NCBI RefSeq assembly: GCF_036321535.1
Contig: NC_087465.1
Location: 6,200,001 to 6,264,000, forward strand
Length of the DNA stretch: 64,000 bases
DNA from: Camelus dromedarius
Taxonomy: Eukaryota
Direction: 5' to 3'
Of the stretch, positions 26,229-38,370 are shown piece after piece; the stretch's first letter is position 1; each line of letters starts with the position of its first letter. The notes under the pieces are model-generated. The model was not told the DNA's origin. It made no database searches and worked only from the letters and a program-made list of their open reading frames with translations. The position numbers and the translations under genes are program-made.

Positions 26229-26360
26229 NNNNNNNNNNNNNNNNNNNNNNNNNNNNNNNNNNNNNNNNNNNNNNNNNNNNNNNNNNNNNNNNNNNNNNNN
26301 NNNNNNNNNNNNNNNNNNNNNNNNNNNNNNNNNNNNNNNNNNNNNNNNNNNNNNNNNNNN
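26229..26360. other. Assembly gap (132 N)
   Basis: Run of N. Confidence 0.99.
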
Positions 26361-27029
26361 GTTGAGAGGCCCACAGACTCCTTTTGCAAGGAGCCCAGCA
26401 GGGCAGTGGCGGTGGGGTCTGTGCAAGTGCGTGAGTAACATATGGCAAGTGGAGAAAATATTTATATTCATCAGGAAAGAGCAGGAGAAGATCCAAAGAG
26501 GGTCATTCCACCGAGATTTCAAGCAGGAGACGTGATGTTCTGGCTTTGGTTTGATACCACAGAGAATGTAAAGAAAGTGTCGTGTTTTGTTTTGTTGCTT
26601 CCCTGCCACCCCTTCTCCTCTTAACAATCTGAATTGTTGGCGGTTTGAAAACGGGCCTATCCCTCCTCCTGAGCTCCACGAAAGTACCGCACTGGACCCT
26701 CCCGGGGCCCTGCTGCTAAGGTCCTCCCCTGCCCTGCTCTGCCCCAGGACCAGAATCCAAAGCCACTTTCTCTGGGCCTTGGGCCTTGGGCCTGTCGGAG
26801 TTTCTTCCCTTGATGTTTTGATTAGGAGGCCCGTAATAGAGCGCACCAAGTGGGCATTTGGGCAAACGGTTCCTGGGGGAAGACATAAATATTTAATCAG
26901 GGTTAGACTGCTCTCTGACGCGAAACCTCCAGTGTCTTCTCCAGGGCTTTCCAGCCGGTGTTTGGCACCGCTGCTTCCTAAGAAAGGTAAAGGGCCACCT
27001 TCCAGGCCCCCAGTGGAGAAAAACTCTCT

Positions 27030-27600
27030 TTGTCCGCAGCGCAACCTTCCAGAGGGTGGGAGGGAGCGGCTGCCGTCTGGGCGCCCCAGGGGCCGCGGCT
27101 CAGACGCGTCCATGCGCTCCCTGCCCTCGACGGACGCGCAGACCGATGGACACGCGTGCATTTTGCGGCGCCGCCCCTCCCGCGTCCAGCACCGCAGGGG
27201 CAACGTGCGGACTTGCATGGAGAGTGGGGGACAGCGAGGGGGTCAGTACCCATGTGGTCGTCGCAAGCTTACCCTCCTCCCTGAGCACGCAGGAAGGTGT
27301 GAAACAGGGCGCTTGGGGGACCCCCCGGGGGACACCCCCCCCCCCCCGCCGCGCCTCCCTCAAAGCGGCGAGCTCCAAGGCTCTGTTCTTTAAACTCTGG
27401 TTCGGTTTGAGAGCTTCTTACTCTCTACTCCCCCTCCAATTCCAGTTGCAGGCGGGTGGGGGTGGGGGTGGTGGTGGTAGTGAAATAGGGTACAGGTGCG
27501 GCTGGGTCCTGGCTGAGGAGGGGTCCCCTCAGGGTCCCCTGGTGAAGCCGCCCATAAACAGCGGCCCTGCGGCACCACCGAGGCCACGCTTAATGGATTC
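27030..27600. promoter_or_regulatory. CpG island / candidate alternative promoter or enhancer
   Basis: CpG-dense 27040-27360 and 27540-27590; G-runs; AGATAA at ~27605; E-box CACGTG 27691-27696. Confidence 0.7.
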
Positions 27601-28434
27601 TTTCAGATAAAAGAGCCCAGCTACCTTTCTTTCCTATAATGGCCCCTGAGGCTAACATCTTAAAGAGGAAACCCAGGGATTGTTTTACAGCACGTGGGGG
27701 GTGGGGGGTGGAGGGCAGGCTTGCAGGGGAGGGGGAGGTGGCCCCTGCTTGTTAACCCTTCCCCTCCCTTGGCCGCCCAGGCCTCCCAAGCATGCTCCCA
27801 GGAGCAGAAACAGGAGGGAGGAGAGAGGATAGTGCTGGGGGGTAGGGTAGAGGTGGGGGCCCAATGTGAGCTGGCCCCGAGCTCCCCTCACTCCCTTCTC
27901 GATCTTATTTCTAAAGAACTTCTGCAAGGGAGGACTGACATGATCAAGGGACCCTTGTCTTAGAGGTGCAGTTTTGAGAGTCAAGCCAGGGGGCTTTTCT
28001 CGGGAGCCCTGGGTGATCCCCCAGGATCCGTGCGTGGCAGTGCCCCTAGGCTCCAGACCCTTGGAAGGTGACCCCAGGACGGCCTCTCTCACCCTGCACC
28101 CCCGGGGTTGGGGGTAGGGGCTGTTCCTGAGCCTCGTTGAGACCCAGTTCTTCAGGTGTGAGTGCTGTGTACCCGGCCTGGGCGTCTTTTACAGGATGTT
28201 TACGTTTGCAAACTGCAGAGGGAGAGCGAGGGAGAGAGTGGTAGTGCATCTGCTTCCTGACTTTTTGTTCTGGCTTCGGGAAAGGATGAAAACAATAGTT
28301 ACATAGCTATTGGTGACAAGTGATGTAAGAAATAAACAACTCAACAACAGAAATGCCCAGAGGGATGGTTTGTTTTTAAAGCCTTCATTATGGAAATAAT
28401 TGCACAAACATTGAAGGAGAGAAAATGGTGTCTG

Positions 28435-28634
28435 CTGTGGGTCTCAAATTTGAGCATGCCAGCTTCACTGAGCAGAGTCCTCACATCCTCGGGAGGTTTG
28501 GTGGAAACTCAGATTGCTGGGCCCCACCCCAGGGTTTTTCATTTAGTAGATCTGGGGTCTCCTGCTGCAGCCTGAGAATTTGCAAGTTTCCAGGAGATGC
28601 TGCTAATCTAGACAGGGGACTGTGAGATCCACTG
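28435..28634. mobile_element. MER5A (hAT-Charlie MITE)
   Basis: gtctcaaatttgagcatgc...cagattgctgggccccaccccag...gagaatttgca...gagatgctgct...gatccactg. Confidence 0.8.
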
Positions 28635-28639
28635 GTATA

Positions 28640-28790
28640 ATAAGTCCCTTGTAACCCTCACCCAGCTTCACTATGTAAACTGTGTAACATTTGCCCATCA
28701 GGTGTCTTCCATCTCCTCCCCGTCTTTCGGTTTGCTGGAGACCTTTGAGAGCAAATCCCAGACATCTTGTCATTTTACCCATATGGATGA
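28640..28790 (-). mobile_element. Old L1M fragment
   Basis: ccctcacccagcttca...tttgctggag...agcaaatcccagacatc...tcattttaccc. Confidence 0.5.
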
Positions 28791-30139
28791 TTTTTAATTC
28801 AGCAGCTACTTAAGCCAAGAGGAGTAAAGGCTCTGAGAGGTACTGGAAAAGCCTTTCCGTGCTTCCAGGAAGTTCAGCCTCCCTCCGTTTCCCTTCTGGT
28901 CATTTCACCCTGGGGTCTAGCTCAGAGCCTCTCTCTGTAAAATCCATGTACGTGTCTTCGTTTCTGAACCCACCTTTCAAGAGTTCATTGCCAGCAAAGC
29001 TGGTGAGGTTACAGGAATGCTGCTGGATTTTCCAGCAAGCTGGCCTGGTCTGGGCGTCACCTGGGCCCCATCTCTCAGCTTTGGGTCATTATCCCAGTAA
29101 TTACCATTATCTGTCCTCATGTGCTCCTATGACCACCATTTACCCTCCAGTGTTTTCCTAATGAGGCACCTTCCCCGAGGACCGAGCTTTGGACCTCAGG
29201 GTTTGGGGTGGTACCCAAAACAGTGCAAGCCCACAATGATATTTTGAATAGGTTACCTCCTTCTTAGGGATCCTGAGCTGATCTCCCAAGGGAGGCTGCC
29301 ATGCCTGCCCCTTCTTATAATTACTGGTATTGGAAAGGGGAGACCCCAGCCTGTAGCTTCTGGGAGTGGCCATCACTGAAGCCCAGTTTAACCTCCTTCA
29401 TTGGTGGGTCCTGTACAGTCTGGCTGTGCAGGTAGATTCTGTTCAGAGGCACTGGGTTCTCTCTTACATTCTACTCAGTCTTCAGCGTGAAGCTTCACCC
29501 AGGCTTCTCTACCCACCCACCCCCAGGACCCTCCTGCAGTCCTTCTGCCCCGAGAATTTAGGATCCCCCCTCCCGCATCACAACTTTCTCACCAGCCGAC
29601 ACCCCGGGAGACGGATGACCAGACAAAATGAGGTGCAGTTGGGCCCAAAGGGGAGCAAACACTTGCTGTTTGCATTTTCTTGGAGAAAGGCTAGAAAAGC
29701 AAAGGCAAGCTGAAGGGCTCATGAGACAACAGGAAAGTGACAGCTGATTCCAGGCGGGCAAAAGAAGACAAACAGAGGAAGATGAGGCGAAATGAAAATA
29801 CAAACAGAGCTTGGGGTGTTGGAACCTCCTCCATCCCTGGGGCTTTCTTTTGCAGCAGATGGAGTAGGGAAAAAACTCATACAGCTTCCTGGAGAGTCAG
29901 GAGAAGAGGGAGAGACAGAACAACCAGCATCTAAGAGAGCTGACTTTGTAACAGCCTAGGGGAGCTCTCAGGGCTGGGGTGGGGGAAGGACTGATGGAGC
30001 AGTTTTACCGCTTCTCCCAGACTGGAGGCCATGTGGTGCTGGGGCAAGATTTGGTATCAAAAGTTTTGAATTCCTTCCTGGTTCTGCCTTCTAATAGCTG
30101 GTATTGTTGGATTCAACCTCAGGACTTCAGTTGCCTTAT

Positions 30140-30480
30140 TGATTGATTTATTTGTTCCTTCAACAGCTATGAATGAGCCTCCACCGTGTGCTACATGCTG
30201 TGCTGGGAGCTGGGGATACGCTGTGAACAAAACAGACGTGATCCTACCTTCACAGAGCTTTCATAATATATGAATATATAGAGATTATATATTTTAGTCT
30301 GGGAGACAGACATTAAAGAGAAGTAAGTCAAATGGCATGTCGGAGAGTGATAAAAGTCCTGTGGTGAGAAAGCAAAACAGGGAGACAAATCAGAATGTTC
30401 CAGCAGGGTTTGGTGTTGATATTTTAGGGAGCATGGCCAGGGGAAGCTTCGCTGAGAAGCTGACGTGGAGCAAATGCCTG
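30140..30480 (-). mobile_element. L2 3' fragment
   Basis: ttcaacagctatgaatgagcc...gtgctgggagctggggatac...gaacaaaacagac. Confidence 0.75.
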
Positions 30481-32135
30481 AAGGAAGGTGCTTTGTCTGC
30501 AGTCTGCAGAACAGGGGTGTGACTCTTTCGCAAACTTGCGAGGAGTAGGCGGGGCGATGTGAGTAGGAGGCGTGTCCAGAGACACAGCCTCTTGCCTTTG
30601 CCTTGTCAACGCCTCTTGCTAAAATTACAGTCGTTAAAATGTACTCTGAACAAGTCTGAAGCGAGAGCCCCTCTGATGGCTTTGGCGACTGTCTTCCCTG
30701 TTTCCTGCTTCCTTAGGGCAGCAGAGACCTAGAGGCCTGGGGATGGATGGTGTGCTCTGTGGGAAGCCCGGCTGGACCCTCCCTCCATCCCAGTCTCTGC
30801 AAAAAATGACATCACAGGGGAGGCTGGAGGGAGCACCAAGGGCAGGGCCACATGGGTGCCACTCTCCCCCTTACGTTTTCTTGGCCCCAGTGACAGGGCA
30901 AAGGAAGTGATACTGCAGAGGCTGATCCTTAATGAGAGGAGGTCACAGTGGTCGTGGGAGAGTTCCCCATGAGAAGGAAGAGGAACCGTCTGGCGGAGGC
31001 AAAAGCTGAAACTAGGTTGTAACCGCAGCAGCAATCGGTTGGCTTGCTGAGACTCATTCAAGTTGCTGTGCCTTTTAGCAATGGTCTTGGCGCTGCTCCT
31101 GGGTGTTTGGGAGACCAGACACCCTCAGGGATGTTCAGGCCCCAGCCTTTCTCCTGCGCATAGTAGGTGCTTTTCCACACCGCGATGCCTGTCGCTTGTT
31201 CACGCTGCCCGCCCCTTGAGGTCATCTGGGGGCTGGGTGGCAGCTGTTTTCTGCAGCTCTTCTGCAGTTTGGTCCTGAGAGGGCCATGTGCATCCCTTTT
31301 GACCTCCACTGTGTCACTGGAACTTCGCAGGGAATGAGGAAAGTGTGGGCTGTTTACCTTTTCAACTCTTGGTGGTTCCCATTTATATCGACTCCAACCT
31401 GCAGAGCCAGGTGGCCTGCTCCCCTGAAGAAAAACACCCCAACCCTCTCTTTCCTCTTTGCTGTTGTGTGAAGCTGTGCTGATCACAACATAAACAAGTC
31501 TCTATTCGGCTGCCACCCCCACAACCAGGCCTGGATGGGGGCAGCTGGTGCTTTCCATCCACAAGCAAATTGCAGCGCAGCGCATTCCCGCGGGGGACGG
31601 GGGCTAGCAAGTCACCGGGGGCCTGATCAGGTGAGAGCGGTGGAAATGAGCCATTGAAGGTCTGATCCCTGGAGAACACTTCCTGCTCACCGCCACTCTG
31701 AAGGCCCTGCGGGCATGCGTGGACACGGAAGCTGTCTCTTGCCCCATTTTGGAAAAGTGGGTGGACTGTTAAACAGACCTTCTCAGAAAAGATCAGAGAG
31801 GCAGGTGGGGATGGAGAGAGATATTCCACTTCACCCCTTGTCCTGGGCTCACTCTCAAAGCGCCTGTGTGAGTATAGCTGAGTGGCAGGAAGGGAGAAGC
31901 AGCTGACAGAGAGGATGTGGTTACTTTGCAAGACCCTGTTCTGTTACAGGATCAAAATTGTTGCAAAACACACTTATGCTACAATTTCATAGACCTGTAG
32001 CTATTAAATAAAATGGTGTGTGTATGTGTGTGTGTGCATCTGTAGGTGTTTTCCTGCATATTATTATATGGGCCTTGTGGTCAATGACCATTTAGTGTGA
32101 TCAGTAGTTTACCAAGAAAGACAGTTATATCTCAC

Positions 32136-32512
32136 TGTGTTACTTTGCTGGGGCTGCCCAGAGCAAATGACCACAGCCTGGGGGGCTTAAACCACAGACT
32201 TTTATTTTCTCACAGTTCTGGGGGCTGGAAGTCTGAGGTCAGATGTGGGCGGGGTTGGTTCCCTGTGAGGCCTCCCTCCTTTGTTTGCAGACGGCTGCCT
32301 TCTCCATGTGTCCTCACACGGTCTTCCGGTCTCTGCGCGTGTCTGTCCAAATCTCTTCTTATAGAGACACTTGCCATGTTAGATCCCAACCTAATGGCCT
32401 CATTTTCAACTTAATTACCTCTTTTGAAAAGCTCCCCTCAAATATGCTCACTTTTTTGGGGAATTGAGAACTTCAGCACATGAATTGTGGGGGACACAAG
32501 TCAGCCTCTGAC
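32136..32512. mobile_element. MLT1A/B-type MaLR solo LTR
   Basis: Near full length: tgtgttactttgctggggctgcc...ttctcacagttctgggggctggaagtctgaggtcag...aatctcttcttatagagacac...aattacctc...gggggacacaagtcagcc. Confidence 0.9.
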
Positions 32513-32929
32513 TGCAAACGGAGCAAAAGTCCCAACTCACCGAGAGTCCTCATGACATAGACCAGGGCCTTGCAGTTTAGAGAGTGTAAGGGCTTAACCA
32601 TGAAAAAAAGAAAAAAAAAGAAACAAATGTGCTAGTAAGATTTTTTTTTCTGAAAAAACAGCTAAAACATTTTAGTACTTTTCAGAACCAGTTATGCTTA
32701 GTGAAACCAGTTATGCTGCAAGATTTAAAACATTTAAATATAAAAGAAGCAACCTATGTTAGGACAACAGGATTAGAGGTCATTAAATCGGTTTCCATTT
32801 CATTAACTTTATTGTTATATTACCTTTATTATTAAAAATTATAAATGCAAAATGAGTGGCGGCATTGCACATACACTACCTTTAGAAACTACCTATTTCG
32901 GTGTCTTCGCTTTGGAGCAAGGATGCTGG

Positions 32930-33560
32930 GACACAGAGATGGAGGCGGCGGCCACCAGCGCAGCCGGGCCCGCAGGTCCAGTCTGCCCACACCTCGCAGG
33001 TAAAGCTTTGGCTGCATGGACTTGGGTGGTTCTTAGATTTCCGCAGGCCAAACAGAGCGAGCCTGGAGGTATTAAAGGAGACCGTCCTCTGATCCCGAGT
33101 TGGGACTTTTGCTCCGTTTTCAGAGAATACTTTCCTTTGTTTGTTTTTCTGATAAATCTTGAAACCAGTGCAGACTCCGCCGCGGCCCCCACGGTACCCA
33201 GATGAGACAGGGCCCGTCTCATCTGCCGCCTCATCTCCGCCCACAGCGCCCACGCAGTTGAGGCTTGAGATGGGTGAGCACTCCAGCCCTTCCTGATTCT
33301 TCTCAGCAGAGTACTGTATTTCCTTCTCTGTAAAAACAGCATGAAAGCATCCCGCCATCCCACCGGGGTGGTGCTTGTTTCAACAGGAGGCAGGCCGGCA
33401 TCCGGGCGCGGGGGGGTGGGGGTGGGGAGGGCGGGGCAGGAGTCTGGCCTCGGCCTCGCTGAGGGGGACAGAGCATCTCAGAGCCACCTGGGAACGCCTT
33501 CCCGCCACGCAGGAAGCACACGTCAGCACACATTTATCAGGAGCTGCGCCCGCCCTGTCA
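32930..33560. promoter_or_regulatory. CpG-rich element (weak CpG island)
   Basis: Local CpG enrichment (gcggcggcc, gccgggcccgc, ctccgccgcggcc, cgggcgcg) and a strong G-run cluster. Confidence 0.55.
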
Positions 33561-34068
33561 TCCAGATATTTGGGATCCGATGTGAGGAAGCACATGAGAT
33601 CACCCCTATGTCCCCTCAAGGCCAAGTAGTGACTTCATAGGTCCACGGCTTCCTTACTGCAACGAACATGAGGATGTACGGATGTTTATTTACAGTGTTC
33701 AGGAAGGATGCAGCATTGTTTGATATGTGAAAGGGCGGGTGTGCGTTGTTTTTAGGATGATCCCCCCAGAGCCCTGAGGTGGACGGTTTCTTTCTCAGTG
33801 ACATGAAATCCCTCGCTGTCCCTTGCTGTCATGACCAAACTTGCCATCTGCTCTGAGATCCTCTGGGTCCGTGCCCGGGGTTGTCTAGTGAACGCACATC
33901 CTCTGCCTCTGCCTCTTCTCCTTTCTCAGAACCGGCACCTCTCCCGGCTCCCGCCCTCACCTGGTCCTCTTGAGGTGCTCTGGGAACACGATTCCTCACT
34001 TCTGTCTTAACTCAGGTCTTAGAAGTTTTCCTGTTCTTATTCTGGGGTAGCACAGTTAGTTCCAGGTA

Positions 34069-34069
<1 letters not shown>

Positions 34070-34129
<60 letters not shown>
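34070..34129. repeat. (ATT)~20 microsatellite
   Basis: Uninterrupted trinucleotide run adjoining the L1 3' end. Confidence 0.97.
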
Positions 34130-34720
34130 TGGTGTGGTGGTTTAAAAAATTGTGGTTAAAAAATTGGTAAAAACACTTACCAATATAACTATTTTAAAGT
34201 ATACAGTTCAGGGGCATTAAGTACATTCAGTGTTGTGCACCCATCCCCACCACCCATCTCCAGAACTTTGTCATCATCCCAAACAGAAGGTCTGTACCCA
34301 TTAAACATTCTCCCCATTCTCCCTTCCCTCCAGCCCAAGGTGATCTCTAGTATTTATGAATTTGCCTGTGGTAAGCACCTCATATAAATGGACTCATACA
34401 GTGTTTGCCCTTTGTGTGTGGCTTAGTTCAGTTAGCACAATGTCTTCAGGATTTGTCCATGTTGTAGCATATATCAAAATTTCATTCCTTTGTAAGGCTG
34501 AAAAATATTCCATTTAATATATATACACCCCATTTTGTTTAAGCATTTCTCTGTTGCTGGATACTTGGTGTATTTTCATCTTTTTGGCTCTTGTGAATAA
34601 TGCTGCTAACACTGGTGTACAAATGTCTGAGTCTCTGCTTTCAGTTCTTTTAGGTCTATACTTAGCAGTGAAATTACTGGATCATATGGTCGTTTGATGT
34701 TTAACTTCCTGAGGCACCGT
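34130..34720 (-). mobile_element. L1MB-type 3' fragment
   Basis: ttttaaagtatacagttcaggggcattaagtacattc...ctccagaactttgtcatcatcccaaac...gtccatgttgtagcatatatc...gaaattactggatcatatgg. Confidence 0.9.
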
Positions 34721-34869
34721 CATCCCCACCTCACTGAGCCCAGTGCCATTGTGTGCTGATTTGCAAAAGCAGGACTGTTGCCTCTTAGGGGTAAGGACCT
34801 CAGCGGTCATCTGGTCTACTCACTTTCTTTGCCCGTGGTGCTGAATAGCACAGGAGTTCTGCTCTCCCT

Positions 34870-35040
34870 GAAGTCAACCGGGCAGAGTTGAATTCCAGTT
34901 CTGATCCTTGCTAGATCTGTACTCTTGGGTGGGTGACTTAAATATTGTTGAGTAACAGTTTCTAATGAGGAAAATGATATCTACTTCTGGGGGCTGTTGG
35001 GGAATAAATAAGACAATGTGGTAAAATGCTTGGCAAAGAT
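34870..35040 (+). mobile_element. MIR fragment
   Basis: gagttgaattccagttctg...gggtgacttaa...gtttctaatgaggaaaatgat...taaaatgcttggca. Confidence 0.55.
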
Positions 35041-35579
35041 CCAGTTACAGGCAACTCCTTGATGAGTGGTAGCTGGTGTCATTACTGTGACCCTGTTTAC
35101 AAGACTCGATGGCCCAGGGCAGGTAATGGTCCTCTGGTTGCATCTTCTCATGTCTGGTTCTAAATTTCTCTGTACATGGTTCTCTGGATATGTCCTTACA
35201 TTACAATCTAGTTTAAGCCAAAATCCTCCTGGGAACCTTGTTCCTCTCCTCTGTACCACTGTTCACAGCTGTGGGTGGTTGATGATTCTGACCCAGCTGA
35301 AAGATTCCAGGAAGCGGTGTGACTTGGCACCATCCCACTCTGCTGCTTACTCACCATGTGGCCTCGAGCAGGTCACTCAATCTGGCGAATCCTCATGTTC
35401 TGCCATAGTATGGGGCATCACATTGAGCGTACAGGGCTGTGGTTAGACCCATGGAAAACGTTTATGTAAAGTCCTAGCACTGAAGCACCCAGTGAAGAAT
35501 AATTTCCATGGCTCATGAAAACAAAGACACTGATTGCCAGATAGGCAATTTAACTATTACACAGAGCTAAGGTGCCCTG

Positions 35580-35735
35580 GACTGGAACTACATTCAGTAT
35601 CTTTTAATAATCTATAATGAAAAAGAATATGAAAAAGAATATATACATATACCTTACGTGTGTTACTGAATCACTATGCTATACACCAGAAACTAAGGCA
35701 ACATTGTAAATCAACCCTACTTCAATTAAAAAAAT
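35580..35735 (+). mobile_element. L1 (artiodactyl-type) extreme 3' end
   Basis: gaactacattcagtatcttttaataatctataatgaaaaagaatatg...actgaatcactatgctatacaccagaaact...aaatcaaccctacttcaattaaaaaaa. Confidence 0.85.
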
Positions 35736-37049
35736 GCATCTCCACGTCCCAGATGGTGGATGTGAGGAAAACGGGCATCCTAGAACTGATGAAATGTGGT
35801 AACTGCCTTTTGGTGAGTCCCTAAGTAAACGATCATAAAGGAAAAAAATAAAATAAAACCCAAACCAGAAGCTCAGAAAAGCCTCACCTTTTGGAAAAAG
35901 AACAAAGGAACTAGAGCGGTTCTGTTTTTCCTGTGATTAAATTGGAACTCACAGCTGGGGCAGCTCTCTTACCAACTCATGCCCAAAGAATTCAAGGAGA
36001 AGAAACGTCGTTGGAAATGCAGCTCAGCTCTGGAATAGGCGAAGGAATGGGAGCGGGGAAGTGCTTGCCCCTTTTCACTGATTGGCTGAAGTGGAAGCAG
36101 CGTCCTTGACTCCCTGGTGGTCTGAATGCGGAGCAGAGTCACCTTTGGTCTCCCCAGGTTCTCTAAGTCCGGCTCTCCTGACTCCTCTTCCTGGGCATCT
36201 TACACAATAGATCCACTTGAAGGTGCCAATTGTAGGCAAGTGACTCACTTCTGAGCCTCTGAAACACCGACCTGTTTGGTCTTGATGGAACTCGAGAGGT
36301 AACCTTAATAGTGGCCTTGCCTCTGAAATGCTCACGTCCCCACAGCATGGTGGTGGCAGAATCAGGACTTTTGACTCCCTCTCCAGGGCGCATGTTGGCT
36401 CTCAGAGTTTCACAGACAGGGTTGGCCCTCTGTTAGAGGCTGGGGAGGGTCACTGGTGATGTGGCTGCTTGGACCCACAGCTGACCCACTGGATTAACAA
36501 GGGTGTGACTTCTTTTGGTGGGAGTTAAACTGTAATAGCTGTGACCTCTTGGCAGTTCTGTGGTTAATAGCCTCTACCTCATTTCTCAGGCTCTTCACCT
36601 GCAGCAGTCAAATGCCTGCTGGGCATTTGCTACTTCCAGGCACAATGCTAACTAAGCAGTTTTCCATCAAGAATGGTCTCATCACTGCTCCCACTTTATA
36701 GACATTGGTTGAGCTGGAGTCATTTGTCCAGTGTTAGGCAGCAAGTTTGAACTCTGACTAGAGACAGAATTGTCAACCCAGTGCTTTAGAACCTCCCTTG
36801 ATTGATTACCTCCCCAGAGCAGACAGAAGCCATCAGATGGGAACACGCTCCGTTTCCCTCCACTAAACTCTCAAACCCACCTACACCTGCACCGTATTCC
36901 TTTGTGCCTGCCTCCTTAAGGACCTCACTCCATGACTAGCCTCTTTCCCCTGTATTTTCAACCTCTTGTCTACTTACTGACTCCTTTCCTCTCACTTAAG
37001 CATCTTCCGTGTGAAAAAAAGAAATGTAATGCCCCCCTATCCACTGCCT

Positions 37050-37500
37050 TGATCACGCCTCCCTGCCCAGGTGCAGGTGGTTCCACACGCCCTGGTCAGT
37101 TCCGCACCTGGCCTCATCACCCATCTCTGCCATCAGCACCCATTTAGATGTGGTCTGTCCAAGGTTACATGGCCTCCATGCTGCTAAATCCAGCAAGAGC
37201 ACCTTAGTCCTTACCTTCGTGACCCATTTGAGCATCTGACAATGTTCCCCACTCCCTTCTTTTAGAAACCCTTCCTTCGGCTTCTCTGGTGCACCTCCAA
37301 AGTAGGCGTTGTTCTGGGCTATGTATCTTCTGATCCTCCTCCTTTGGAAAAAAAAAACCCTCTTTTCCTTTTGGAAACTCCCCTATCTTACCTGCGGGGC
37401 TGTCCATGAAAAGTCTGGTCTCCCTCAGCCACCCCGCTACCTGCCCTGAGCTGCTCAAATAGCAAGTTAGGAAAGAACCGTTGTCTTCTGCTTGTTGCTT
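37050..37500 (+). mobile_element. L2 fragment
   Basis: ccaaggttacatggcctccatgctgctaaatcca...gagcatctgacaatgtt...ctttagaaacccttcc. Confidence 0.6.
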
Positions 37501-37912
37501 CCACACGGAGGGATTTTCAGGAGTAGTGGTCCCCAAAGTGTGGTCCCTGGACAAGGGGTGTCAGCATCCCTTGGGAACATGTTAGAAAGCCCATTTTTGC
37601 TGAACACCTAAGTCATGTCTGTTTCCTACCTTCCCTCCCCAACCTCTGTTGGAAATCTCACATGTGGACTCTATTTATCTGGCTCTTGCATTCATCTCTC
37701 AATTGATCCTAAATTTGGAGGGGAGACTTATCGCCCTGGACCCTGTAATTGGTTTAGGGTTGGCAAGGGATGGGAGAAGAGCTCTTCTGCAGAGATAATA
37801 CCAACTGTCTTGGCCATCGCATCCATAGAGCATATCTGAGACTAAAGCCAACCCGAGGGAAGCTGAGCTGTGAGATAGAGGAAGGAAGGGGTGGAAGGGA
37901 GGAGGGGTTGGC

Positions 37913-37915
<3 letters not shown>

Positions 37916-37964
<49 letters not shown>

Positions 37965-37972
37965 CGAGAGAG
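37916..37972. repeat. (GA)n microsatellite
   Basis: Long gagaga run with two gc interruptions near the 3' end. Confidence 0.97.
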
Positions 37973-38114
37973 ATGACATCGCTCCAGACTCCTCAGGTGT
38001 GCCTGAAATATGCTACATGGTCCACCCCTCATCTTTTTAGTTATGGTGAACTAGTAAATCCCCACTTATGGTCAAGTTGGTTTGCATCCAGTTTCTGTTC
38101 CTCAGAACAGAGTC

Positions 38115-38370
38115 AGTTTGGCGTAAACGGGTGAGAACATGGGCTCTGGAGGCAGTCACCTGAGTTAGAATCCTTGCTCCGCCATTTACCAGCGGTGTGA
38201 CCTTGGGTAAGTTCCTTAGTCTCTCCCCGCCCACCTTGCCTCATCTGTATATAAGGATACTAACATAATAATGCCTCATGGAGGCTTGTAAGAATTAAAT
38301 GAGTTAATATTTGCTGTCTTCTTAGAACGATACCTTCTACATGGAAAGTTCTTAATAAATGCTGGCTGAG
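38115..38370 (+). mobile_element. MIR SINE (near full length)
   Basis: gggctctggaggcag...gtgtgaccttgggtaagtt...ctcatctgta...gtaagaattaaatgagttaat...ttaataaatgct. Confidence 0.85.

Noticed and set aside
26220-27610. 332-, 268- and 184-aa ORFs
   Set aside because: GC-rich overlapping frames, one spanning an N-gap; low-complexity composition and no homology recognised
37030-37045. taatgcccc resembling the miR-365 5' end
   Set aside because: Only a short seed-length match; the rest of the mature sequence and the precursor hairpin are absent. No other known miRNA was recognised in the window
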